Shown here: in pieces, positions 11,801-23,110 of the stretch | Layout: each line of letters begins with the position of its first letter | Position numbering within the stretch: the first letter of the stretch is position 1 | Source of the DNA: Thalia democratica | Taxonomy: Eukaryota | NCBI GenBank assembly: GCA_965202585.1 | Contig: OZ241830.1 | Coordinates: 67,642,001 to 67,706,000, forward strand | Direction: 5' to 3' | Length of the DNA: 64,000 bases | Position numbers and translations under genes: made by a program | The notes under the pieces: generated by a model | Database searches by the model: none | What the model saw: the letters and a program-made list of their open reading frames with translations, nothing else | What the model was told of the DNA's origin: nothing

Positions 11801-14800
11801 CTGCTTTAAATTCCTTACACTTTACTTTTCAAAATGTCGTGAAAAGTCGACTCGCCCATGCTAAAATGCTTTATTATAAAAGACTTTAAACATTGTTTTT
11901 CCATCTTTTTACAAACTTCTAGTTTATTTTTAAAGCTTATTGCAACTCGTGTTCTTTTTGTTTTTGTAACTTGTCTATTTCTGAAACCTTGTATGTTGAG
12001 TATGTCAAACTTAAAACTTTTTTAATAATAAAAAAAAAATTATGTACCTCATCTTAAATAAATATTGTTTCAATTAAGAACTTTTGATAGTTTGAATTAA
12101 AAACCAAACATAAAAAAACTTTTATATATTAATTTTGTAAAAAATTAAAAACATTATTTTTTAAAACTGATTTACTTTACATATAAAGGTTTCTAATAAC
12201 TAAACTAGTTTTAAATAAAATTGTACGTATGCTTTACTAGTATTATTACATCATAATTATGTAATAAATTGCAGAACTTATAAAATCACTTAAAAATTTT
12301 TCACAGCATCAAAGCTTAAACATTAGTATGTATTACACAAAAATGTTTGTGTTTAATACTGAATTTATTTATTTATTTTCTTATCGACTGAAATTTTCCG
12401 TATAAGTGAATAAGCATTGTACAACTAAACTATTTTTAAATTAAAAATTAGACTCATATTTCAAATTCGCTTTTAAGTATCAAAAGCAAAACTAAAAGAA
12501 TTTCAAATACACTAGCGTTCTAAAACATACCAATGAAACTTTATCAAAACAAACCTTGTAAAAGTCGATCCACTGCCTCTGCTTGAAGACCTGCCAGTCG
12601 GCTTTCAGGTACAATTCCTCGTCAATCCTCTGCTTGCCCGCCCTCTTGCAAGTCACTTTGATCTCGCCTGCGAACGGGTTGGTTGTTTTCCTACTTCGCT
12701 TCACTATTGACAGCTGAAAAATTTGAACGTTGAACCAGTTTATTTGTACTTATTTTAAAAGTTATCAAGTACCCAGACAGTATGAGAAAATTAAAGTTTG
12801 ATAATTCGGTAAAGACCTTGTAAATAATATATTTTTTGTTTACACAAAGTAAAGTGAGAAATGAAGAATCAGCATGATATGTAGAAGATAAAATAAGTAA
12901 TTTTTTTAAGAAAAATTTAACAGATAAAAAAATAAAACTTGCATTCAATATGGTCGTCAAAGGTTTTTTTGACAAAATTTTCTAGGTTTTCTAAACTTAT
13001 TGCAGATATTTTAAATAACAATATTTTGGTTTCTTTTGGTTTGAAAGTAAATTTAAGGTAAACAACTGATTTAAAATGTATAACAACATTGAAAAGACAC
13101 TGTAAATCTACTTAAAATATGTTAAAAAAGCACTTTATTAATATTTTCTTTTTCTATATGATAGATTTTTGATATATAATCGAAATTTAATTTCTTTGCA
13201 TGTTAAGTTTTTTTAAAATTCCAGATTTTTTAATGATTTTTGTTCGAAATTCCAGATTTTCCAGGCTTTTCCCAGATTTCTCAAACTCCAGGATTTTTTT
13301 ACAAAATTGTCAAATGTCAGGTTTTTTAACAACTCTGATACGAAAATAACCAAACAAAGTACTTTTATATTTATTGGAAAACAAGAAAACTGTCTGTACT
13401 AAGCAGAAAAAGTACTAACTGAAATTAACCTCAGTTTTGAAAGTAGTTTTCAGTCTGTTGGCGAGCATAATCAATACAACATCCGCTGCAGCTGCTAGCT
13501 TCTTTCTGTGATTAATCATGTTTATGAGCATTAAGGGTATAAGTTAGTTAAGATTTAATAAACATTTTTTTTACTTCCAGTAACTTTAAAAATAAATAGT
13601 CTATCAGTTGGTATTAGTGATCTATCGTATCCTAATTTTGTGAATTGGTTTAAGCACTTATAATTGAGCAAAATATTTCTTTAATTTAAAATTTTCTTTA
13701 AAGCAGTGTTTCTAATAATATATGTATTAAAACTCTATGTTTTCATAATTGGTTATAAAACTTCGGTGCAATTTTTATTATTAAGAAAAACATTCTACAA
13801 AAAAAAACATTTTTGAAAACATTTTAACTTAATAATTTAACCACAATAAAATAATCTACTGTAAAAAGTATTAATTATACAATTACAAAACAACTAATGT
13901 TCGGTTTTTTTTCTATAGTTTCTACACATTAAGCGTTTCATCAGAACAGTAACAGAGTTAAAATAAACCTTTTTTAAAGAATCAAAAAATTTCACATTAT
14001 GTCGTTTCAAATAAATTTAAATAACTTTGGTTGGCTAATGCATTAGCCAACTAAAACTATTCCAATTTATTTGAAACGTCATAATGTGTATTTCTTTGAT
14101 CCTTAAAAAAATATGCTAACTTTGTTATTGTTCTGATGAAACTACAGTAAACAAACCGAACATTAGTTTTTTTTTGTATTATTAATATTAATCTCTACTT
14201 TCGTATCAAAAAATTTGGCTATCGAATAAAAAAACAGCTCCAAATACTGTTTTAAGTACATAAGTAATCTTCTTAAAATTATCTTTTCCTCATCTAGATT
14301 TTATTATACATATTTATTAGTAATTTTTAACTTTGCTAAAGCTAAACAGAACGTAAGGAAAAAATTAGACTTCAAATTAGGGTTTCATTATAAAAAAATA
14401 CTATTGAACTTTGAATAGCTAACGATTCTGAAATTCTATTTAAGCTGATAAAAGTGTTCTGGTAACTCGAAACGGCACAGCTTGACTTCTTAAACATAAA
14501 AACAAACGCGCTAACTTAACATTCAACAAATAACAAACTTTTTATTGGGATGCTGGCCCCACTTTTTGAAAACTTGGAACCTGCAATTCAGCAGCCTCAT
14601 CTGGTCTTTCGGTGAAATTTCATTTTCATTCTCCTCTTTCTCGGCTCCATCTAGTGTCTAAAGTATTATCAAAAAATTAGACACTTTACAAAATCTAAAA
14701 ACTTTCAAACAAAAGCAGACTAATTAAACAACCAAAACACCTCGATGGCGACGCGGTATTCCCCGGTGTCGAGCAAGATGGCGGCCAGCTCCAGCCTGAT

Positions 14801-15024
14801 GTCGACCGAGTCCTCCGCCGATATCTGCAGGCACTTGAAAAAATTCTCCTTGGCGCTCTTGTAGTCGTTGAGCTTCAGCAGCGACATGCCCTTCAGCTTG
14901 AACAGCTCCTTGCTGGTGGAAAAGTGCGCGAAGTGGTGGACTTCCAATTCCTCGATCAACCGCAACGATTCGACGTACTGGCCCGCTTCGAAGCACGCCA
15001 CGCAAACACTTATCTGCACATCCG
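8806..15024 (-). CDS. GTF3C3: General transcription factor IIIC subunit 3 (TFIIIC102/Tfc4), C-terminal half only, copy 1; nine exons
   Basis: Exons 15024-14741, 14657-14539, 13505-13430, 12713-12555, 11194-11013, 10708-10567, 10155-10048, 9621-9493 and 9057-8806. All GT-AG, phases consistent, no internal stops. Peptides match my recollection of GTF3C3: HVWNIFNQV, THRFLHRIM, QESLYNIGRALHQIGLNHFAVHIYEDAL, DLRHEIAFNLSLMYRQSGN. The exon 5/6 junction has two in-frame alternatives. Confidence 0.92.
11665..12419 (-). mobile_element. pogo/Tigger-type (Tc1/mariner) internally deleted DNA transposon in a GTF3C3 intron
   Basis: TIRs CAGTGCTTATTGACTTATCCGG / CCG(T/G)ATAAGTGAATAAGCATTG with TA on both flanks. 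Minus strand ~11815-11990 reads KERVAISFKNKLEVCKKMEKQCLKSFIIKHFSMGESTFHDILKSK, a CENP-B N-terminal/psq-type HTH. Confidence 0.85.
12953..13337. mobile_element. CAGGG-terminal MITE family member (degenerate)
   Basis: Shares internal sequence (aatttaaggtaaa...tataacaacattgaaaaga; ttccag/ttccagg repeats) with 15128-15537 and with the intact-ended copies at 55970 and 59552. Right end ...aacaactctg. Copy at ~41610-41996. Confidence 0.65.
13870..14190. mobile_element. Foldback/MITE-like long inverted repeat
   Basis: aactaatgttcggttt (13892) / aaaccgaacattagtt (to 14168); inner arms tttcatcagaac / gttctgatgaaa; perfect central palindrome TTGGCTAATGCATTAGCCAA 14031-14050. Copy at ~42525-42925. Confidence 0.85.
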
Positions 15025-15127
15025 CTGTTTGTCAGCATGTTAGAGTTTGTTGATTTATTTGTTTGGTGCCAGTATTATAAAGTAAATTGCTTAATTTCGA
15101 AAAATACTTGTTACGAAAAACAAAAAG

Positions 15128-15537
15128 CAGAGTTGCTAAATGATTTTAGCAAGTTTTCTCCAGGTTTCTAAAATTAGACGTTTTACGGTCTATTTTCGGT
15201 TTAAAATTAAGTTTAAGGTAAAAAACTGTGCCTAATAGTATAACAACATTGAAAAGATTTCTAAAAGCTTCTTTAAATTTGTTTTTTTATTAAAAAATTT
15301 TGAAGATGACAAAAATGTTTATTTATAAGATAGATTATTTATTTGCAATTAAAACTTTACTACTTGACATTTAAAAGTTGTTTAAAATACCATACTTTTC
15401 AGGTATTTTTAGTGATTTTTACTCTAAATACCAGGTTTTTTTTAAAATTACTTTAATTCAAGGATTTTTCATTTTTTTTTTACTTTGAATTTTCAAATTA
15501 CAAATTTTTCCTGGATTCGAGGTTTTTTGGTAACCTT
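15128..15537. mobile_element. CAGGG-terminal MITE family member
   Basis: Starts cagagttgctaaa (cagggttgccaaa in unit 2 at 43800) and ends tggtaacct. Copy at 43800-44230. Confidence 0.7.
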
Positions 15538-16094
15538 AAAAAAGACATAACTTAACCCTCATAACTTTAAATATATTAGTTTACTGCAAAATAAAACAGT
15601 CTTAACATTGCAGGTATTTTTATAACTTTATATATATAATTATGTATACAATATTAACAACTAGTTTTTTTTTTGCTTAATTTTAAATAGCACTATTTTT
15701 AATTTCAAATAGGCCACATAAAAAATTCAAAGTAAATTTTGAGATAAAAGCCAGCGAAGTTGGTGAGCTCAGTAAGTTCCTTAAAGAAAGAGCAAACCAA
15801 TAACGCAAAAAAAAAAAGACTATTTCACTAAAAATCTATCTTCTCCTTAAAATACATTCTACTTTTTTACAGAAAGTCCATTATCAATATTTAAATATTT
15901 TTTAAATACAAAAATATTTTCATTAAAAAAAATATTTTTAATATTTTAAAATTTTTAACATTCAAAGTCTTAAAACTATAATAGGAACTATTCCTAAAAA
16001 ATTTTGAGTCTTAAATTTTACAAATGAAATAAAAAAAGATAGATATTTTGTGATTTTAAAAATTCTGAGAAAATTGACAATGAAAAATTTGTAA

Positions 16095-16200
16095 CTTTTA
16101 ACAAAAAATAAAACATCTCAAAATTCTATAATTTTTTACAAAAAATAAAACATCTCAAAATTCTATAATTTTTTACAAAAAATAAAACATCTTAAAATTA
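16095..16200. repeat. ~37-bp tandem repeat, about 3 units
   Basis: tttttacaaaaaataaaacatctcaaaattctataat repeated; also at ~44785-44890. Confidence 0.85.
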
Positions 16201-16407
16201 AAATAAATTTTTATAATATCAAACAGTGGACTCATAACATGAAAAAGTAAAAATTAAGTTTTTGGAATTTTTCTTTGAAAATTTGTAGGTAGAAAGTCAA
16301 GGTTCTAAACTAAACTGTAAAAAGAACTATATATATATAACAACATTATTAATATTTTTTTAACATCTCTATCTACTTTAAGGTTTTTTTTTTCGCTAAT
16401 AAGTTAA

Positions 16408-17093
16408 GGGCATAGGGGTGTCCGACATTTTTTTTTACAAAAATAACATTTGACCTTATATGAAAGCTTAAAGTACAAACAACAAGCCAGTTTTTATAGA
16501 ATTAAAAAAATTTATTTAACTTTTGAGATATTCTAATTTTCATAAAAAGTTTCCGATACAAATGAAAAATTGAAAGTTTTTCTAAGTCAATTTTCTTGGA
16601 AATTTAAAACATCACTAAAAACGTATCTTCTCCTTCATTTTTTGCGATAGAGACCATAAATTTTCAGGAAACGTTCCTTTTGTAGTTTAAAAAAATTGAA
16701 AGTTGGAGTTTTTTAAATATTAAAAAAATAACTTTAGATAAGAATAAAACAAAAAAAAAATAGGTGGTTTTTTTTTTAATAAAAATTTTATTTTTCAAAA
16801 TTAAAAAAATTTCAATCTTTTTAAAATTTAATAATACACTTTTTTAGAAAATTTGAAGAACATTGCTTTAAAAATGAAGGAGGAGATAGATTTTAAGTGA
16901 AATGGTCTTTTTTTGTGTTTTTAGTTTGTGCCTTTCATTAGAAACCTATTGATGTCACTGACTTTGACTGCTCATATTTTTAAAAATACTTTGAATTTTT
17001 TCAAACTGTTAAATTAAAAATGTCTAATAGCTCGGATAAAACTCTATAAAATAAGATCAACTTGTAAAAATCAAGGAGGACCCCCCTATGCCC
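16408..17093. mobile_element. TTAA-flanked non-autonomous DNA transposon (Kolobok-like or piggyBac-like)
   Basis: TIR GGGCATAGGGG(T/G)GTCC at both ends; TTAA at 16404-16407 and 17094-17097; internal inverted segment tatcttctccttcatttt / aaaatgaaggaggagata. Confidence 0.85.
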
Positions 17094-17613
17094 TTAAGCT
17101 TATTGTGTAAGTTAAGAATATTTCATATTCTTGTAATAATTCATAAAACTTCGAAAAGTTGAAAAACAATAGTGTCAAGTAGGGATGGGAAATTTATGAC
17201 CTGTAGACCAAATCTGTTAGCAAACAGAAATATGTGGCTGTGAAGTATTTTTAGCTTTGCAGAAAACAAATAAAATTAAGCTCTTACTAACAATAACTAT
17301 ACAATTTTCTTTTAATTTATTTTTAGTACACAGTTGTTTTTAATGAACCAGTAATTTAAACAATTAGTTTCAAACATTTTTTTTTCTTTGTGGTTGTAAA
17401 AATATTCAAAACTACATAGCCCACTAAAACTGCTTTTTAAAAAGTCTAGCCAAAGAGAGAATTTTTTAAGTAAATTTGTTCTAATAACTAAAAAAGTTTT
17501 CCACCCTTATTACAACAGTACAAAACTTTCTTAGACAAAAATGTAGAATTTGTGCAAACCAACTATGATACATAAAAACAATGATAATATTTATTTGACA
17601 AAACAAAACCAAC

Positions 17614-17749
17614 TTGTTTTCATAGGAAGTAGAACACATCTGGTTGTATTCTTGCTGCTCAGCATAAGTGTATGTGGAGCTGACAGGCTTCAATTCCAGG
17701 CTGACTTCTGTTGAGTGTGGCTCCTCTGCATCCATTTGTTCTTCACCTT
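17614..17749 (-). other. Candidate coding exon upstream of the GTF3C3 block (MDAEEPHSTEVSLELKPVSSTYTYAEQQEYNQMCSTSYENK)
   Basis: GC-elevated patch with AG and GT at the borders. The unit-2 copy differs by an in-frame 9-nt indel (MDVSQAEE). No homology recognised and the splice link to exon 15024 is not established. Confidence 0.45.
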
Positions 17750-19710
17750 CTTATTGATATTAATTTATTAGATAAGTTTACTAACTATTCTTAAATTGCA
17801 TTAGTAAAACATTTACTATATACATTAGTATTTGTGTATATTGTTTTATTAAAACAACAATGATCAAATATAAAAAGATGTTTTTTCTAAATATTTAAAC
17901 TGTAGTAGAGAATTTCTGTACAGTATTTTTCTCTGAATACTGACCACCAAAACTGTCAAATTTTGTTATTAAAACCAAGTGCATGCAGTTTTTGAAACAA
18001 TAGTTCTAAGTGTACCTCTAATATATAAATACTTTAAATTATCAAAAATGTGTATTTGCTTTATTAAGAAGAATCTAAAAAATAATTGCAAACAAAAGGT
18101 ATGCCGGCCAAAAAATTAGTTACCCCAAAATCACATATTTTTCATCTTAAACAGTAATAAAATCACTTATACATGTCCTAGACTTATACTTATTGATTTG
18201 GTCTTAAGACGTATTAACTTCTTTTCATGTAATATGACATCATAATCACCCTAAATACACAAACGTTGTCTGTAAAATAATGATTTTTGGAATATTGAAA
18301 AGCATAGCTGGTCAGTGATTTTAATAAGAAAAAATAATGTAAAACAAAAATTTCAGGTTATTTACTTACCTTTAAAAGTTTAGGTGATGTGGTGTGCATG
18401 TCAACGGGATATTTGATGTTGTAGTTCATTTAGCTTTAAGTGTTTAAAAAACCCTTGAATATTTATTTAATTAGCACACAACAAATTAATGAGATATTAA
18501 AAAGTTATGATTTATTATAGGCAAGATAATGTTGTATAGCATTGAACATTAAATTAATGATTGCAAAGTAAAGACTTTACAAATAAATAACATTGCAAAA
18601 TAAAACAAAAATTGTATCATTTAGCATTAACACTTAACATTGTTGCAAATGACTGATACTTTTAGAAGTTTTTGCATAAAAATCTGTGTACACACAAGTT
18701 ATAGTTGTGTGAGTGAGAATCTATTATAAAAAGAATTAAATTGTTTAGTATACTTGAACTTTGTTTCAAAAACACTCTACAGAGTTTTGTTTGTCTTGTA
18801 ACATATGGACTTTGTGGCAATATAAAAGTAGTTATTTTTCAAACTCATTCATGAATATTTTGATAAGTGTGTCTTTATTTAGCATTCACTCACTATGCAC
18901 AAAATGGTTTTTTTATTTTCTACCTGCTTCAAAAAGTTGTAATACCAATGACTACAAAAACTGTATAGTTTTGGCAAATATGGCAAAACGATTCAAATTA
19001 AATAATAACTAAAATGATTTTGCAAAAGTTAAATTTAATGCTATTACCTGATGAGATAAAGGTAAATAAAATAAATCTTGTACAAATTGTTAAGTAATAA
19101 ACATGTTTAAAACAAAAAGAAAACAATTTTGTAAAATTAAGAGTTAAACGCTTAATTTATATGTCTTTATAAAGTTGTCAATGTAATTTATATGAGCTTA
19201 ATGAATTACTTTAGCTTAAATATTAAACAATATGTTAAACCAGTTATCGCCAATGTAGTAAAAAAGGTAGAAACTACGAAAAACTTTATAAAGAATGAAT
19301 AACAACAATGGAATTAAAACAAATTATTTTTTACAAAAAAAAAGTTCAAGGTTTAACATTATGTAAATAAAAAGAATTTTATGTTCGAAAAAGCTAAAAA
19401 CCACCCTGCCATGCTAAGATAGTGTTTCAATTTGTAGTTTTTATGAATTCTCTAAAGTCTTACATTTTAATGTGACATCACAATAAAATAGTACTTTGCA
19501 AAATATTTTTTTCAATGAATATTCTTTTGAGAAAAGCACTTGTAGTAAAAACACCTTAGATGCTGTAGGTGTAAAGTAACTCTTTTTTTTTTTTTTTAAA
19601 CTGTTTATGTGAGCTTTGTACAATACTTAAGCAAACTCTATTTGATTGTCAATATTTTTGAAGATAAAACTTGATGATTGTTGCTCATTTTATCTTCTAA
19701 AACTCTTATA

Positions 19711-20400
19711 TTTCTACATTGTGTGAGTAAGTTTAAGAAAGCATTTGACCTAGTTTGGCATTCAACAGTCTTGAAAGTTTATGTTGATAATTTATATTAT
19801 TTTTCTCATGCAATACCTTTGAAGAAATTCTTTATTTAATCTCTAGTTCATCACAGAATCATATATCTTTATTCATAAAAAGTGTGATAAGTTTTTATAC
19901 TTACAAGTATGGCATGTACAGACAAGATCAATTGGCTTGAATGCACTTACTTGATGCAAAAAATCATCAAGAGGCTTTAAAAACTTGCATATCAGTCTCT
20001 GAAAGCTTTGAAACATCATTATAAAGTGAAATAAGTAGAGAAAAATTCAAAATAATTGTTATATTTCTATATTTTGTGAGTAATTTTAAGAAGGTATTTG
20101 ACCTAGTTTGGCAACCAACAGTCTTGAAATTTATGTTGATAATTTATATTATTTTTCTCATGCAATACCTTTGAAAAAGTTCTCTATTTAATCTTCTAGT
20201 TCATCACAGAATCATATATCTTTATTCATAAAAAGTGTGATAAGTTTTTATACTTAGAAGTATGGCATGTTCAGACAAGATCAATTAACTTGAAGGCACT
20301 TACATGATGCAAAAAAAAACCATCAAGAGGCTTTAAAAACTTGCATCTCAGTCTTTGAAATCTTTGAAACATCATTGTAAAGTGAACTGAGCAGAGAAAA
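19711..20400. repeat. Local tandem duplication of ~355 bp within a decayed coding-like region
   Basis: gtgagtaa..ttaagaa..tttgacctagtttggca...gagaaaaattcaaaa occurs twice; also at ~48330-49020. Confidence 0.85.
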
Positions 20401-22499
20401 ATTCAAAAGAATTCTTATGAAAAATCTTTTGAACCTCTGTAAAATTTTTAAACTCCTAGCTTTTTTCAAAGGTCTTTATAAGTTGTAACTTTGGCTTTCT
20501 CCTACATCTTAAGATTAGGCAATGGATCACACTTTTTTGGATTCTGATTAAAGATGAGTGCCTACTACAGCAGCTGTTGAGGTTAGTTTGTTTAATAGTT
20601 AATTAGATTGTTTTAATTTGTGCAAAACTTAGTATTTTTGCAAGGGTTACCAGAAATACTAGTTGAATATTCAGTAACAAAGTTAAGGTTTTTTGGATAT
20701 TTACAATAAATCTTGATATTTTGTCTTAAAGTTTTAGATTTTCTATTTGTTAATTGTTGAGTCCTTTTGTTACTATTAAATTTTTTGAGTTCTCATGCTT
20801 GAATAACATTAAGCTTTAGATGTTAAATAAGTTTTGCACAAATTCATATTAGCTATTCATAGAGTTGTATCCTTGGTTTATAAACATATATTTGTTTTGT
20901 TGGGCTTCATTCTCCTAACATTACTAGGCTATCTTAAATTAAGAGAAAACTTAATTAAGACTCAAAATAAATAAAATCACTTAAAAGTAGCAACATTTAA
21001 GCTAAACTTTATATGCTTGTATAAAGAAGTTTTTTATTCATGAATGAAGCCCAAAGAGACAGCAAGCTAATCTAAGTGTAGAAGTTTGTTTACAACATAA
21101 AAATTAAGTTGGTTAGTTCTGATTGTATTAATGTAGTTTATATATTTATAAATTAGTGATTTGTAATAAGAGTTACTTAAAGTGTGCATAAAAGATTATA
21201 GAAAGTGAATAGAAAGAGTAATTATAAAACAAAAATGTCATTAGTTTCAAAACTGTTTTAATTGTTAAAAAGTTTTATTTATTCATTTTTTTACAAAAGA
21301 AACAGTTAAACCTTATCAGGATTAGGTTTGCTATAAACAAAATGTTCTAAATTTTTAAGTTTACACTCATATATTTACAAAGCACTTCACAGCAAGCAAA
21401 ATTTAAAGGTTATTAGTGTGTATTTGTATGAGGTTTATTCTCACCTTTGTTTAATTTTTCTCTTCTTCTATCACTAACTTCTTTCTGTTCTTTTATCTAT
21501 CAATAATTTCTTTTGTTCATATGTTTGCACTAATAAGCATTTATCAACAACTTGCTGTGTTGTTTTTTATGTATATGACAGATGTAAAGACTCAATTTTG
21601 GTAATAGTATAAATATACAGCCATAAAGATTTCAAATGATGCAAGTATTTGACAAACTTTGAAATGAACTACAGGCTAATAAACATATGTTATTGACACA
21701 AAGTAGTATGGTTTAACTGTTTTAGTTTGTAACAATGTATTGAAATGATAAGTTGAAAACATCAAACACCTTTAATTTGTATGCACACTTTAAGAAACAC
21801 ACAATAAGTTGTCTGGGATCAGTAATTAAACAAAGCAATTAAGTAAGCATTCAAAGTCTATTAGTGAATATATAAAGTAAATTAAAGTATACTAGTTAAT
21901 AAGTAGTGATGGTAGTAACAGCGCAAACCTTTGTATTTATTAGATTGCTAAATAATTACTTACAATGAGACCAATTTAACTATCATGGATAAACTTTAGC
22001 TTAATAAGTTACATGACAATTAAAGTGATATCCTTTAGTAGGAACAGTATAAAACTGAAGTTAACAAGAATATAAACAATTTTTTACAATTTTAAAGTTT
22101 TATTTGACAAAAATATAGTTACTACTTGAATCAAAGTAATTTTAACTGTTTAGATGAATCTCAAGTTGTTTTTTATTTTTGATTAATTTATAAAAGGTTA
22201 TCTAAGTAAAATCAATTTACATAAGCAAGTTAACTGACTATTGTTTAAATATATACATAGAAAACAGTTCAATCATATAAATAGATTTGTCAATGTACAC
22301 ATTTAAAAGGTCTGTAGTTTCTTTCTTTTTATATTTGCTTTATTTTCTGTCATTAAAAAGTACACCTATCTATGAGGTTGATGAACTGTTTTCCATGTAT
22401 ATGTAAAACATTAGGTACTTAACCAGGATGATGTAGTATCTGTATTCATTTGTTTTTGGGTTTTAACCCTAACTTTAACATGTAGTTTTAACAAAATAA

Positions 22500-23110
22500 A
22501 GGCATCTATAAGGTACGCACTAAATTTTTAAATAACACATTATTTGCATTAATTAAATAGGTTTTCTAAAATAAGGTACGCACCCGCTAAAAGTACGCAC
22601 TAAATTTTTAATAACACATTATTTGCATTAGTTAAATAGGTTTTCTAAAATAAGGTACGCACTAAATTTTTCAGGCCCCCCCACCCATATTTTCAAAAAT
22701 GGGGATTCCCCCAAACCGAAAATGTGATGAGATTTTTTGATGGAGATAATTTAAATTTATTTTTGAAGGCATTTCGCCGGCTCCGCCGGCGAAAAATTTT
22801 TCACATTTTTCCTTTTCTCTTTTTCTTCACGGCCTTTTTTCTTGAAGGCCACCTTTTTCTGTCAAATGGACCGTGAGTAGCGTAACTGTCAAACAAATAT
22901 GCGTTGTATTTGTACGGTCTTTATCTGTTATCTTTTACTAACCTTGAGCTTATGTGATCTAATTCATTGATGTGAAACCATTAAAGGCCTGACGGTAATA
23001 TCGGTTATAATTTTTTAGTTATTGACTGAGTGGTTTTATGTTTATGAGTTTGAAAAGTAAGTTTAGGGTAGCGGACAAGAATTAAGAATTTTTAATTCTT
23101 GTCCTTTAGG
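22500..23110. mobile_element. Composite hairpin-rich non-autonomous element (family unassigned)
   Basis: 62-80-bp subrepeats containing AGGTACGCAC; 10-bp perfect GC hairpin TTTCGCCGGC-TCC-GCCGGCGAAA 22772-22794; inverted repeat GGACAAGAATTAA/TTAATTCTTGTCC 23073-23104. Copy at ~51120-51860. Confidence 0.55.

Noticed and set aside
14113-14160. CTGATGA here and on the minus strand at ~13940 as further hammerheads
   Set aside because: No closing stem II pair or NUH/stem I; they are arms of the foldback element.
15710-15800. Small exon-like patch
   Set aside because: Readable on either strand (PHKKFKVNFEIKASEVGELSKFLKERANQ* or NLLSSPTSLAFISKF...) with no convincing homology or donor; left unresolved.
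19730-19770. FKKAFDLVWH resembling a non-LTR reverse transcriptase motif
   Set aside because: Flanking RT motifs (QxGFR at correct spacing, GVPQGS, YADD) were not found; probably chance or too decayed to call.
20450-21000. Minus-strand frame that looks open if TAA/TAG=Gln and TGA=Trp (alternative genetic code)
   Set aside because: Stop density is about what AT-rich random sequence gives, and GTF3C3 and kelch use standard stops.
22560-22600. ttctaaaataaggtac as a spliced-leader RNA exon/donor
   Set aside because: Part of the AGGTACGCAC subrepeat; no SL RNA structure or Sm site evident.
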